Of a DNA stretch of 64,000 nt, positions 46,609-56,721 are shown in pieces (the stretch's first letter is position 1; each line of letters starts with the position of its first letter). Under the pieces are notes generated by a model. The model was not told the origin of the DNA. It saw only the letters and a list, made by a program, of their open reading frames with translations, and made no database searches. Origin of the DNA: Trinickia sp. (lineage in GTDB: Bacteria > Pseudomonadota > Gammaproteobacteria > Burkholderiales > Burkholderiaceae). The DNA lies in the NCBI RefSeq assembly GCF_051961175.1, contig NZ_JBQCDN010000198.1, forward strand, positions 3,987-67,986, written 5' to 3'. Position numbers and translations under genes: made by a program.

Positions 46609-47586
46609 ATGAAACAACCCTTTATGCGACTTTTCAGCGCGTGTTGTGCGGCGCTCATATGTGCGACGGCCGCGGCCGATGCGGCAGCGTTGACCGTCTA
46701 TAGCGTCGGGCCCGCGCCGCTCATTCGTCGGCTCGCGGCGGATTTCCGCGAGGAAACGGGTATCGAGGTCAACGTCTTTCAAGGGGACACGGGGCAAGTG
46801 CTCGCGCGTTTGGCCGATCAGCGCGCGGCGCCGGCCGACGTGGTGATTCTCGGCTCGTGGGATACCGCACTCGAGATGAGCCGGCGCGGTGAATTACTGC
46901 CGTATCGGCCCGCCGGTTACGAGCATGTCGCCAGCGCCTATCGCACGCCGCAATTCATTGCGCAGGGCGTGGCGACGCTCGCGCTCGTGTGGCGCACCGA
47001 CAGCGGCACGCCGCGGCCCGAAGATTGGAGCGACTTGGCCGCTCCGGCCTATCGCGACCGTATCGGCACGGTCGATCCCGCGCAATCGGGCTCGTCGCTG
47101 GATCTCATCGCAGCGCTCGACGGCCAGCACGGCACCGATATCTGGGCGCTGCTCGCCGCGCTGCGCGAGAACGGCCTCACGCCTTCGGGTTCCAATGCGC
47201 AGGCGATGGATGCCGTGCTCAAGGGCGGAAAAGCAGCCTTGTTCGCGGTGGCCGACCACACGGCGCTCGAAGACAAGGCGCACGGCGCCCCGATCGAGGT
47301 GATCTTCCCGCGCTCCGGCACGATCGCGACCGCGCGTCCGATGATGATCATGAAGCGCACGCGTGAGGTGCGCGATGCCAGGCGCTTCGTCGATTTCGTG
47401 CTGTCGCGCAAAGGCCAGCAAGACGTCGCCGACGAGTTCATCATCCCCGCGCGCGACGACGTAGAGGCTAAGCGCCCCGGGCTCGACGCGATCAAGCTGC
47501 TGCCTGCGCCGCAGCGCCAGGCGGCTGATAGCGGGACGAGCCGCGATACCGTGCTCAAACGCTTTGCCGCGCTGTTTTCGCACTGA
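46609..47586 (+). CDS. ABC-type substrate-binding protein (Fe3+/AfuA-like class II SBP), orphan
   Basis: Signal peptide; LTVYS, ADVV, PEDWSDL, DPAQSGS, IFPRSG, FVDFVLSRKGQ; no permease/ATPase adjacent. Confidence 0.7.
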   Translation: MKQPFMRLFSACCAALICATAAADAAALTVYSVGPAPLIRRLAADFREETGIEVNVFQGDTGQVLARLADQRAAPADVVILGSWDTALEMSRRGELLPYRPAGYEHVASAYRTPQFIAQGVATLALVWRTDSGTPRPEDWSDLAAPAYRDRIGTVDPAQSGSSLDLIAALDGQHGTDIWALLAALRENGLTPSGSNAQAMDAVLKGGKAALFAVADHTALEDKAHGAPIEVIFPRSGTIATARPMMIMKRTREVRDARRFVDFVLSRKGQQDVADEFIIPARDDVEAKRPGLDAIKLLPAPQRQAADSGTSRDTVLKRFAALFSH

Positions 47587-47610
47587 CCGTACCGGCGCGG
47601 AAACGACGCA

Positions 47611-50600
47611 ATGTGGATCGTCAAGCTCGCCCTCGCGCGGCCGTATACGTTCATCGTCATGGCGCTCGCGATCGTGCTCGCGACGCCGCTGACGCTCGTG
47701 CGCACGCCGGTCGATGTGCTGCCCGACATCGACATCCCCGTCATCAGCGTGATCTGGACGTACGGCGGGTTATCGGCCAACGAAATGGCCAACCGTATCA
47801 CGACTGCGAACGAGCGCAATCTGACCGTGCTGGTCAGCAATATCCAGCATAGTGAGTCGCAGTCGCTGGCCGGCATCGCGATCATCAAGCTGTTTCTGCA
47901 GCCGCACACCGACGTACGCACGGCGATGGCGCAGGCCGTTTCGGCCGAGGAGGCGCAACTGCGCTTCATGCCGCCCGGCGCCACGCCGCCTTTGATCCTC
48001 ACGTACTCGGCCTCGAGCATTCCGGTGTTGCAATTAGGCATCTCGAGTCCCGTGATGTCGGAACAGGCGCTCAACGATGCGGCGACCAACTTCCTGCGCC
48101 CGCAACTTGTGACGATTCCCGGCACCGTCGTGCCGTTCGCCTACGGCGGCAAGCCGCGTGTGATCTCGGTCGATCTCGACACGCGTGCGCTGCTGGCCAA
48201 GGGCCTCACACCGAGCGATGTGATCAATGCCGTCAACGTGCAGAATCTGATTCTGCCGAGCGGCACGGCGAAGATCGGGGCAACCGAATATGCGGTCATG
48301 ACGAACGCCTCGCCCGACACGATCGACGGCTTGAACCGCATTCCCGTGCGCACCATCGACGGGGCGACGACCTACCTCGGCGAAGTGGCCCACGTGCGCG
48401 ACGGGTTTTCGCCGCAGACCAATGTCGTGCGGCAGGACGGGCGGCGGGGCGTGCTGATGTCGGTGATGAAAAGCGGAGAAGCGTCGACGCTCTCGATCGT
48501 CGACGCGATTCACGCGCTGGTGCCGCACGTCGCACAATCGCTGCCGCCCGATCTGAAGATCGTTTCGCTGTTCGATCAATCGGTGTTCGTGAAGGCGGCG
48601 GTGCAGGGCGTGGCGCGCGAAGCGCTGATCGCCGCGGCCCTGACGGCCGCGATGGTGCTGCTGTTTCTCGGCAACTGGCGCAGTACGCTGATTATCGCGA
48701 TCTCGATTCCGCTGTCGATCCTGGCTTCGCTGATCGTCCTGTCGGCGCTCGGCGAGAGCATCAACATCATGACGCTGGGCGGGCTCGCGCTGGCCGTGGG
48801 TATTCTCGTCGACGATGCGACGGTCACGATCGAGAACATCGAGCGCCACCTGCACACAGGCAGCAGCCTGCGTCAGGCGATTCTCGATGGCGCGGGCGAG
48901 ATCGCCGTACCGGCATTCGTGTCGACGCTGTCGATCTGCATCGTGTTCGTGCCGATGTTTTTTCTGACAGGCGTGGCGCGATACCTGTTCGTGCCGCTCG
49001 CCGAGGCAGTGGTATTCGCGATGCTCGCGTCTTATTTGCTATCGCGAACACTTGTGCCGACGCTCGCACTGCTGCTGACGCAACATCCGCCCATGCACAC
49101 CGACGACGCGCAGCAAGCGGGGAGTTCGCTGTTTGCGCGCGTGCATCGGCGCTTTCAGCGCGTGTTCGACCGCTTGCATGCCCATTACGTCGTGCTGCTG
49201 ACGATGGCGCTCCGGCGGCCGGGCCGCTTCGGCGGCGTTTTTTTGGGCGGCTGCCTGTTGTCCACGGCGCTGCTGTTTGTCGTCGGCATGGATTTCTTTC
49301 CGTCGGTCGACTCAGGGGCGATCCGCCTACATATGCGAGGGCCGACGGGCATGCGTATCGAGGAAACCGCGCGCCTGGCCGATCAAGTCGAGGGCGTCGT
49401 GCGCGACGTCGTGCCGGTACGCGAGCGGGGCCCGATCCTCGACAACCTGGGATTGCCGTACAGCGGAATCAATTTGTCGTATAGCAACGCGGGCACGATC
49501 GGCACGTTCGACGGCGAGCTGATGATCGCGCTGGCGCCGGACCACGCGCCCGCGCAACGCTACGTCGAGCGCTTGCGCGCGCTGCTGCCGCAGCGCTTTC
49601 CGGGTGTCGAGTTCTTCTTTCAGCCGGCCGACATCGTGACGCAGATTTTGAACTTCGGCTTGCCAGCGGCGATCGACGTGCAGATCACCGGCGCCAATCA
49701 GCGTGCGAACTTCGCCGTGGCGAGCCGCCTCATGAAGGCGATGCGTTCGCTGCCGGGTGCTGTCGATGTCCATATCCAGCAACGTGTGAACGAGCCGACG
49801 CTCCTCTTTCAGATGGATCGTTCCCGCTTGCAGCAGTTGGATCTGACTGCGCAGAACGTCGCGCAGAATCTGCTCGTCGCCCTGTCCGGCAGCTCGCAGA
49901 CGGCACCGGCGTTCTGGCTGAACGAGCACAACGGCGTGCAGTACCCGCTCAGTGTGCAGATGCCGCAATACGATGCAGCCTCGCTCGACAGTCTCATGCG
50001 CATCCCCGTGACGGCACCGAGCGGCACGGTGCGGCCGCAACTGCTCGGCAATCTGGTGCACGTGGAGCGGCGCGCGTTGCCGGCCGAGGTATCGCACTAC
50101 AACATCCGGCCCGCACTCGACGTGCTGGTGTCGGTGCAAGGGCGCGACCTCGGCAGCGTCGCGCGGGAGATCGACAAGCTCGTCGCGGCAGCGCGGCCAT
50201 CCCTCGTACGCGGCTCGGACATCGACGTGCGCGGTCAGGTCGAGACGATGCGTTCGTCGTTCTCGGGGTTGCTCATCGGACTGGCCGTCGCGGTTGTGCT
50301 TGTCTATCTGCTGATTGTCGTCAACTTTCAGTCGTGGCTCGATCCGCTGATCATCATCAGCGCGTTGCCTGCGGCATTGGCCGGCATTGCGTGGATGCTG
50401 TTCCTGACCGGCACACGCTTGTCGGTGCCCGCGCTGACGGGCGGCATCATGACTGTCGGCGTGGCGACAGCCAACAGCATTCTCGTCGTTTCGTTCGCGC
50501 GTGAGCGGCTGGCCGCGGGCGCGGCGCCGCTCGCCGCCGCGCTCGAAGCCGGGGCGACGCGGATGCGGCCCGTCTTGATGACGGCGACGGCCATGATCGC

Positions 50601-50781
50601 CGGGATGTTGCCGATGGCGCTGGGCATCGGTGAAGCAGCAGAGCAGAACGCGCCGCTCGGGCGCGCTGTGATCGGCGGCCTGCTGTTCGCGACGGTCTCG
50701 ACGCTCGTATTCGTGCCGCTCGTGTTCTCGGTCTTGCATGGGCGGCTTGCACGCAAGCAAGTTGCGCGGCACGCGCGGTGA
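47611..50781 (+). CDS. RND efflux permease
   Basis: 1056 aa; DVLPDIDIP, GILVDDATVTIENI, RMRPVLMTA, PLGRAVIGG. Confidence 0.95.
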   Translation: MWIVKLALARPYTFIVMALAIVLATPLTLVRTPVDVLPDIDIPVISVIWTYGGLSANEMANRITTANERNLTVLVSNIQHSESQSLAGIAIIKLFLQPHTDVRTAMAQAVSAEEAQLRFMPPGATPPLILTYSASSIPVLQLGISSPVMSEQALNDAATNFLRPQLVTIPGTVVPFAYGGKPRVISVDLDTRALLAKGLTPSDVINAVNVQNLILPSGTAKIGATEYAVMTNASPDTIDGLNRIPVRTIDGATTYLGEVAHVRDGFSPQTNVVRQDGRRGVLMSVMKSGEASTLSIVDAIHALVPHVAQSLPPDLKIVSLFDQSVFVKAAVQGVAREALIAAALTAAMVLLFLGNWRSTLIIAISIPLSILASLIVLSALGESINIMTLGGLALAVGILVDDATVTIENIERHLHTGSSLRQAILDGAGEIAVPAFVSTLSICIVFVPMFFLTGVARYLFVPLAEAVVFAMLASYLLSRTLVPTLALLLTQHPPMHTDDAQQAGSSLFARVHRRFQRVFDRLHAHYVVLLTMALRRPGRFGGVFLGGCLLSTALLFVVGMDFFPSVDSGAIRLHMRGPTGMRIEETARLADQVEGVVRDVVPVRERGPILDNLGLPYSGINLSYSNAGTIGTFDGELMIALAPDHAPAQRYVERLRALLPQRFPGVEFFFQPADIVTQILNFGLPAAIDVQITGANQRANFAVASRLMKAMRSLPGAVDVHIQQRVNEPTLLFQMDRSRLQQLDLTAQNVAQNLLVALSGSSQTAPAFWLNEHNGVQYPLSVQMPQYDAASLDSLMRIPVTAPSGTVRPQLLGNLVHVERRALPAEVSHYNIRPALDVLVSVQGRDLGSVAREIDKLVAAARPSLVRGSDIDVRGQVETMRSSFSGLLIGLAVAVVLVYLLIVVNFQSWLDPLIIISALPAALAGIAWMLFLTGTRLSVPALTGGIMTVGVATANSILVVSFARERLAAGAAPLAAALEAGATRMRPVLMTATAMIAGMLPMALGIGEAAEQNAPLGRAVIGGLLFATVSTLVFVPLVFSVLHGRLARKQVARHAR

Positions 50782-52091
50782 CGATCCATTTAAAACGCAA
50801 CGACATGGACGACTCTCTGGAATCTTTGAACACCGAGCGCTTGCAGGCTGCACCCGACGCATCCCGCACGTTGCGGTTGGGCGGCGTGGGCGGCGCCGCG
50901 CCGTTGCCGTCGGAGGAGACGGTACGGCGACGTCTGCGCATCGCGACGATGTCGATCGCCATCGTCATCGTCGCGCTGACGGCCCGGACCGTCGTGGAGG
51001 GCATCGAGCGCACGCATGCGCTGGCCGACGCATCGGCCGGCAATCAGCGCGAGTATGTCTATGTCGTCAAGCCGGCGCTGCCGCGCCACGGCGATGCACT
51101 CGTCCTGCCGGGGACCTTGCGGGGCGCGGTGGAATCGCCGATCTACGCAAGGGCGAACGGCTACGTGAAGCGCTGGTATGCCGACATCGGCACGCGCGTG
51201 CGTGAAGGGCAACTGCTGGCCGAGCTCGATACGCCCGAGATCGATCAGGAACTGGCCCAGGCGCTCGCGCAGCGGCGGCAGGCGAACGTGACGTTGGCGC
51301 TCGCGAAAACTTCGCTGACGCGCTGGCGCGCGCTGCGAGCGCACGACGCCGTCTCGCAGCAGGAGCTGGACGAACGCTCGGGCGCTTACGACGAAGCGGC
51401 AGCCAGCTTTGCCGCGGCCGATGCGAACGTCAAGCGGCTTGGTGAGCTCGAGTCGTTCAAGCGCATCGTCGCGCCGTTCGCGGGCGTCGTGACGCGGCGT
51501 AACGTCGATGTCGGCGATCTCGTCGACGCAGGTAACGGCGGTACGCGTCGTGCCCTGTTCGCCCTGGCACAGACGGACCCGCTGCGCGTCTATATCGACG
51601 TGCCGCAAGCCTATGCGCAAGGCGTGGCGCCGGGCGCCCACGTTGTTGTCACGCAGGCGGAGCTCGCCCAACGATCGTTCGCGGGTACCGTCACGCACAC
51701 GGCGCAGGCCATCGACGTGACGACGCGCTCGATGCAGGTGGAGGTGACGCTGTCCAACCGCGATGGTGCATTGATGCCGGGAGCCTACGTGCAGGTGGCG
51801 TTCGCCGATACGCCGCACGCCCGTCTGCAAGTGCCCGGCAACGCGCTGCTGTTTCGCGCCGAAGGCCCGCGTGCGGCGGTGGTCGGTAGCGACGGTCGCG
51901 TGCATTTGCAGCCCGTCGTGATCGCACGCGATCTGGGACAGTCGCTCGAAATCGAGAGTGGGCTGACGCCGAAGGATCAGATCATCGTCAATCCCGGGGA
52001 TTCGCTGGCTGATGGCGACAAAGTCATCGCCGCACCGGCGCCGGCACCGGCATCGGCGCGCGATCCCGCTCCGGCGAAGGGGCACGCGTGA
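50778..52091 (+). CDS. RND efflux periplasmic adaptor (MFP)
   Basis: TM anchor, IYARANGYV, APFAGVVT, TRSMQVEV, LMPGAYV; GTGA coupling (alternative ATG 50805). Confidence 0.9.
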   Translation: MTIHLKRNDMDDSLESLNTERLQAAPDASRTLRLGGVGGAAPLPSEETVRRRLRIATMSIAIVIVALTARTVVEGIERTHALADASAGNQREYVYVVKPALPRHGDALVLPGTLRGAVESPIYARANGYVKRWYADIGTRVREGQLLAELDTPEIDQELAQALAQRRQANVTLALAKTSLTRWRALRAHDAVSQQELDERSGAYDEAAASFAAADANVKRLGELESFKRIVAPFAGVVTRRNVDVGDLVDAGNGGTRRALFALAQTDPLRVYIDVPQAYAQGVAPGAHVVVTQAELAQRSFAGTVTHTAQAIDVTTRSMQVEVTLSNRDGALMPGAYVQVAFADTPHARLQVPGNALLFRAEGPRAAVVGSDGRVHLQPVVIARDLGQSLEIESGLTPKDQIIVNPGDSLADGDKVIAAPAPAPASARDPAPAKGHA

Positions 52092-53527
52092 ACGTGCGCT
52101 GGGGTTGGTTGCCGATGTTGGCGGCGCTTGCCGGCTGCGCGGCTGGGCCCGACTATCGGCGGCCCGATGTGGAGATGCCTGCGACGTGGCGCATCGATGC
52201 TGGCGACGCCTACTGGCATGCGGCGGTACCCGCGCATGCGCCGCTCGCGCTCGATTGGTGGCGTGGCTTCGGCGACGCGCAGCTCGACAGCCTCGAAGCC
52301 GCCGCGCTGGCCGGGAACCAGACCTTGCGCGCGGCGAGCGCGCATAACGATGCCGCGCGTGCGAGTCTCGCCGAAGTCGCATCGGCGCAGGCCCCTCAGC
52401 TCGGCATGCAGGCAGAGGTGGCGCGCGAGAAGATTTCGGCCGAGCGGCCACGCATCAACTATGCGGTGTCGACGTTCTCGACCGTGCAGAACGACGTCGT
52501 GCTGCGCGCGAGCGTGGGCTACGAGCTCGATTTGTTCGGGCGCATTCGTCGCGAAGTGGAAGAGGCGAATGCTTCGGCGCAAGCGGCGGCTGACGATCTG
52601 GCCAACGCGCGGCTCGTGATCACGGCCGACGTGGCGGCCACCTACGTCGCGCTGCGCGTCGTCGATGCCCAAAGCGATGTGCTGGCGCAACTCATTGCGC
52701 TGCAGCAGCAGTCGCTCGATTACGTGCGCAGGCGGCACGATCTGGGCGCGGTATCGGGCCTCGATGTCTTGCAGCAGCAGACGCAGCTCGATGCGACACG
52801 CACGCAGGCGCAGCTGCTCGTCGCCACGCGTGCGCAATACGAGCATGCGCTGGCGGCGCTTGTCGGCGCGCCCGCGTCGTCATTCTCGATTGCGCCGAAC
52901 GTGGTGTCGTTGACCCATACTGCGCCGCCCGCCATCTTGCCGGCGTTGCCGAGCGAGCTGCTCGAGCGGCGGCCCGATATCGCGGCGGCCGAACGCGTGA
53001 TGGCGGCGGCCAATGCCCGCATCGGCGTGGCACGCGCCGCGTACTTTCCCAGTCTGGTGCTGAACCCGGGCATCGGTTGGGAAGCGACGCGCTTCGCCAG
53101 TATGCTGAGTGCGCCGGCGCTGTTGTGGTCGGTGGGTGCATCGGCCGAGTCGATGCTGTTCGACGGTGGCAAGCGCCGGGCGCGCGTCGATTTTGCGCGG
53201 GCCGGCTATGCCGAAGCACAGGCGCGCTATAGACAGACCGTCCTGGACGCGATGCAGCAGGTGCAGGATGGCGTCACCGGCCTCGCGGTACTCGACGTCG
53301 CCGCGCGCCAGGCGCATGCGGCTGTCGACGATGCGCGCCGCCTCGTCGATATGGCGAACGAACGTTATACAGACGGCATGACAGCGTTTATCGACGTGAT
53401 CAGTGCACAGCAGCAGCTGCAGACGAGCCGTGAACAGGAAGTGACCGTTCATGGCCGCCAACTGGCGACGTTCGTCTTTCTGGCAAAGGCGCTTGGCGGG
53501 GGCTGGCAGGAGCAGGCCCCGAACTAG
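52088..53527 (+). CDS. Efflux outer-membrane lipoprotein (NodT family)
   Basis: Lipobox LAGC-AAGPDY, YELDLFG, RRPDIAAAE, KALGGGW. Confidence 0.92.
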   Translation: MNVRWGWLPMLAALAGCAAGPDYRRPDVEMPATWRIDAGDAYWHAAVPAHAPLALDWWRGFGDAQLDSLEAAALAGNQTLRAASAHNDAARASLAEVASAQAPQLGMQAEVAREKISAERPRINYAVSTFSTVQNDVVLRASVGYELDLFGRIRREVEEANASAQAAADDLANARLVITADVAATYVALRVVDAQSDVLAQLIALQQQSLDYVRRRHDLGAVSGLDVLQQQTQLDATRTQAQLLVATRAQYEHALAALVGAPASSFSIAPNVVSLTHTAPPAILPALPSELLERRPDIAAAERVMAAANARIGVARAAYFPSLVLNPGIGWEATRFASMLSAPALLWSVGASAESMLFDGGKRRARVDFARAGYAEAQARYRQTVLDAMQQVQDGVTGLAVLDVAARQAHAAVDDARRLVDMANERYTDGMTAFIDVISAQQQLQTSREQEVTVHGRQLATFVFLAKALGGGWQEQAPN

Positions 53528-54426
53528 CCATGCCCATTGGCGAAGTGGTCGGTCAGGAACTGAATGAACGAGAGCACACGTGGGGCGACGAACGGATCGT
53601 CGCGCCACATCAGGAAGGCGAAGCGTTTTTCGAAGGTCCAGTCGGGAAAGATCGGCACGAGCAGGCCGTCGACGACGGCGTCGTTAGCGACATAACGCGG
53701 CAGATAGGCCACACCGAGGCCATCGAGTGCGGAACTCAGCAGGGCGCGGCTGTTGTTCGAACGCATGACGCACCGCGCGCGCACTTCGACTTCGCGCTTA
53801 TGCTTCTGCATGGCGACCACGCTCGTGTGAGCGGGGCCGCGAAACAGCAGGAAGCCGTGACGCGAGAGTTGCTCCGGGTCCGTGATCGCGGGATGGCGGC
53901 GCAGATAGGCCGGTGCGGCGAACAACCCCCAGTCGATTTCCGTCAGGACTTTGCCGCGCGCATGCTCGGGCTTGCTGCGGCTGATCATGATCGCGACGTC
54001 GACGTTCTGGCTTTCCGGGTCGATTTGCCGATCGGTTAAATCGATTTCAACCTGCACGTTCACATATTTCGTGGCGAATTGATTTAAAGCCGGCATCAGC
54101 CGGATATTACCGAATGTGACGGGGGCCGCCACTCGCAGATTCCCGACCGGATCGGCATGATATTTCTGCATGAACGCATCGGCGCTCTGCATTTCGACGA
54201 GCATGCGCGCGCAGTATTCGTAATACGTACGCCCCACATTGGTGATTTCGAGCTTGCGCGTGGTGCGCTTGAGCAGCGTGACGCCGAGCGTGGCCTCCAG
54301 ACGCGCCAATTCCTTGCTGACGGCCGACTTCGATACTCCGATTACGCGTGCTGCGTCCGTATAGCTCATCGTTTCGACGATTTTCGCGAAGATTGCCATC
54401 GACGCCATTTGTTCCAGCTGATTCAT
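53524..54426 (-). CDS. LysR-family transcriptional regulator (CrgA-like)
   Basis: SYTDAARVIGVSKSAVSKELARLEATLGVTLLKRTTR; convergent with the cluster's last gene. Confidence 0.92.
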   Translation of the reverse strand: MNQLEQMASMAIFAKIVETMSYTDAARVIGVSKSAVSKELARLEATLGVTLLKRTTRKLEITNVGRTYYEYCARMLVEMQSADAFMQKYHADPVGNLRVAAPVTFGNIRLMPALNQFATKYVNVQVEIDLTDRQIDPESQNVDVAIMISRSKPEHARGKVLTEIDWGLFAAPAYLRRHPAITDPEQLSRHGFLLFRGPAHTSVVAMQKHKREVEVRARCVMRSNNSRALLSSALDGLGVAYLPRYVANDAVVDGLLVPIFPDWTFEKRFAFLMWRDDPFVAPRVLSFIQFLTDHFANGHG

Positions 54427-54584
54427 CGTCTCTCTCAGTGTGGTTATTTTTTGTGCTTCTTTGCCGCCGAGTTTATAGCGGCACGCCCCACCGAGGCAAT
54501 GCTATCAAATTAAAGACGTTTACATAAATGGACCGATCGGTAAACTACACCGCAATCGTCGCCACTTGAGCAGAGGGATTTGTT

Positions 54585-55175
54585 ATGGACGAACAGACTA
54601 TCGAAGCCTATTCGGCAGGCGCGAGCCGGTATGCGGCTGATTGGCGCGACCAGCCTGCGCCGGCTGACATGTATGCGCTATTGCAGCGTTACTTCACCCT
54701 GGGCGGTAAAACAGCAGACATTGGGTGCGGCGCTGGGCGCGACGTTGCGTGGCTGAACGATCATGGTTTCCCGACTGTGGGCTATGACGCCGCGGAAGGG
54801 CTGCTTGCGCAAGCGGCGAACGATTTTCCGTCGCTGGTTTTCAAGCGGGATGTGCTTCCCGCGCTGGATTCGATCGTCGCGGAAACCTATGACAACGTGC
54901 TGTGTGAAACCGTCTTGATGCACTTGCCGCCGGACGAGGTGACTTCCGCCTGTGCGCGTCTAATCGATATTCTGCGGCCAGCGGGAACGTTGTATTTGAG
55001 CTGGCGAGTCGGGGAATCGGTTTCCGCCCGCGATGCCGCCGGCCGGCTCTACGCCGGGTTCGATGCCGCGCGGGTCAGGGAGGGCCTGGGTGATGCGCAA
55101 TACTTGCTCGATGCCGAAACGGTCAATCAGTCTTCCGGCAAGCGGGTGCATCGGCTTATTGCTCGGCGACGGTGA
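54585..55175 (+). CDS. Class I SAM-dependent methyltransferase
   Basis: ADIGCGAGRD, YDNVLCETVLMHL, LRPAGTLYLSWR. Confidence 0.85.
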   Translation: MDEQTIEAYSAGASRYAADWRDQPAPADMYALLQRYFTLGGKTADIGCGAGRDVAWLNDHGFPTVGYDAAEGLLAQAANDFPSLVFKRDVLPALDSIVAETYDNVLCETVLMHLPPDEVTSACARLIDILRPAGTLYLSWRVGESVSARDAAGRLYAGFDAARVREGLGDAQYLLDAETVNQSSGKRVHRLIARRR

Positions 55176-55308
55176 TTGATGTGAGCGGCGGCCCGGTTCG
55201 GCATCTTTTTTCCCATCCGATCGAGTCAGCGCTGAGGGAACGCTACTTGCGCTCGCCTATGCAGACGCGCGGGCGTGACGAACACGCCCAAACGTGAGGA
55301 GACAAGCG

Positions 55309-55827
55309 ATGACCGTCGAACAGGATGTCGTTTCCTTTTTGACCTCGGCCGGCCTCAAGCTTGCGACGGCCGAGTCATGCACCGGCGGGTTGATCGCTGC
55401 CGCATTGGCTGGCGTGCCGGGAAGCGGTCAATGTCTGGACGTCGGATTCGTCGCTTACTCGCCCACCGGGAAGGCGGGCTTCCTCGGCGTTCGACGCGAG
55501 ACGATGGAGCGGTATGGGCTCACCAGCGAGCCGATTGCGCACGAAATGGCGGAAGGCGCGTTGGCGGCAGAGGGGTGCAGCGCGGATGTAGTGGTGGCGA
55601 ATACCGGTGTTGCCGATCCCGTCGGTGACGGCGAGGGCCCGCCAGCGGGCACGCAGTGCTTTGCATGGTCCTGGCGTGTCGCGGATTGTCGTTGTATGAC
55701 CTTTACGGAGACTAAACGCTTCGCAGGTACGCGTAATGAGATTCGTGAGGCAGCCGCACAATACGCGCTGTCTCGCATCGAGCACTATTTCCAGTTGTTT
55801 CAACGCGCCGGCAGCGAAGGTGGATAG
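55309..55827 (+). CDS. CinA/PncC family protein
   Basis: LATAESCTGGLIA, PGSG, VAYS, MAEGAL, ANTGVA, GTQCFAW, RNEIR. Confidence 0.85.
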   Translation: MTVEQDVVSFLTSAGLKLATAESCTGGLIAAALAGVPGSGQCLDVGFVAYSPTGKAGFLGVRRETMERYGLTSEPIAHEMAEGALAAEGCSADVVVANTGVADPVGDGEGPPAGTQCFAWSWRVADCRCMTFTETKRFAGTRNEIREAAAQYALSRIEHYFQLFQRAGSEGG

Positions 55828-56067
55828 CGGGAGCGATCGCTGCTGCGCACGTCCTGTCCCCAAGCGAACGAATCCTGACTAAGGCGCTTCACCTTCAGCC
55901 CCATCGATGGCCTGTTTGCGCCGCATTGCCCGGCTGGCGATCAGATCGGCCCGACAACATCGCGTGTCGGGCCTTGATCCGCTTCCGTCAGGCGTCGATC
56001 GAATGCCACATTGAATCTTCGCATTAAGCGATGTGACGCTCGAGCGGACGCACACCTCGATTCAACG

Positions 56068-56385
56068 CTATTGAACCGGCGATTTTACGGAAGGCCTTGC
56101 CAAGGTGTTGTTGACTCCATTCGCGACGTCCGGCGTCGAACTATCGTTCATGCTGTTTCGCAAGCCGGCGTTCGGCGTGCCAACGTTCCCCGACCCTACG
56201 CCGGTTCCGCTTTCGGAGTTGATGGCTCCCGGTGTGCCGTAGCCGCTCGTCGAGTTGTCCGGCGATACCGCGGCCGGTGATCTCGTGCTCGGCGTTGCCA
56301 GCGTGTTGTTGGCCTGTGCATAGGCGCCGCCCGAGAGCACGAGTGCGGCGGCAGCCGCGATGACTGAGGTGATTGCTTTGTCCAC
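56068..56385 (-). CDS. Small secreted low-complexity protein with a terminal repeat motif
   Basis: GTG start after GGAGGA; signal peptide ending AYA; NNTLATPSTRSP and NNTLARPSVKSP at the two ends of the mature part. Confidence 0.65.
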   Translation of the reverse strand: MDKAITSVIAAAAALVLSGGAYAQANNTLATPSTRSPAAVSPDNSTSGYGTPGAINSESGTGVGSGNVGTPNAGLRNSMNDSSTPDVANGVNNTLARPSVKSPVQ

Positions 56386-56721
56386 GATTCGGTCCTCCAA
56401 GATGGGGCTGGAATTTCGACGCAGCCGATCGCCGCCTGCTTGACCGTGAATCGAGCCCTCGCCGTATCCGGTGCTCATGTCTCCATTGAATTGAACCGTA
56501 CGAGACCACACTACCCGCGAAACGGCGTCAACATGCCTGCTCGATACCAAGGCAAGGGAAAATAGTGACTTACTCGATTTCCTAAAATGCTGCCAACAGT
56601 ATAGGAGAAGCAGCGATTGCGCGCAGTGGGGCCCGACGGACTGGCTCACGCGTGGCCGTTTGCACAGATTCTGCACACGGTGAAAACCTTAGAAGTTGAC
56701 CGAGCGCGACATCAACTGTTT

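Noticed and set aside
28500-54500. Pearlin region as a mobile genomic island
   Set aside because: No integrase, transposase, tRNA or flanking direct repeats seen; a compositional shift could not be computed.
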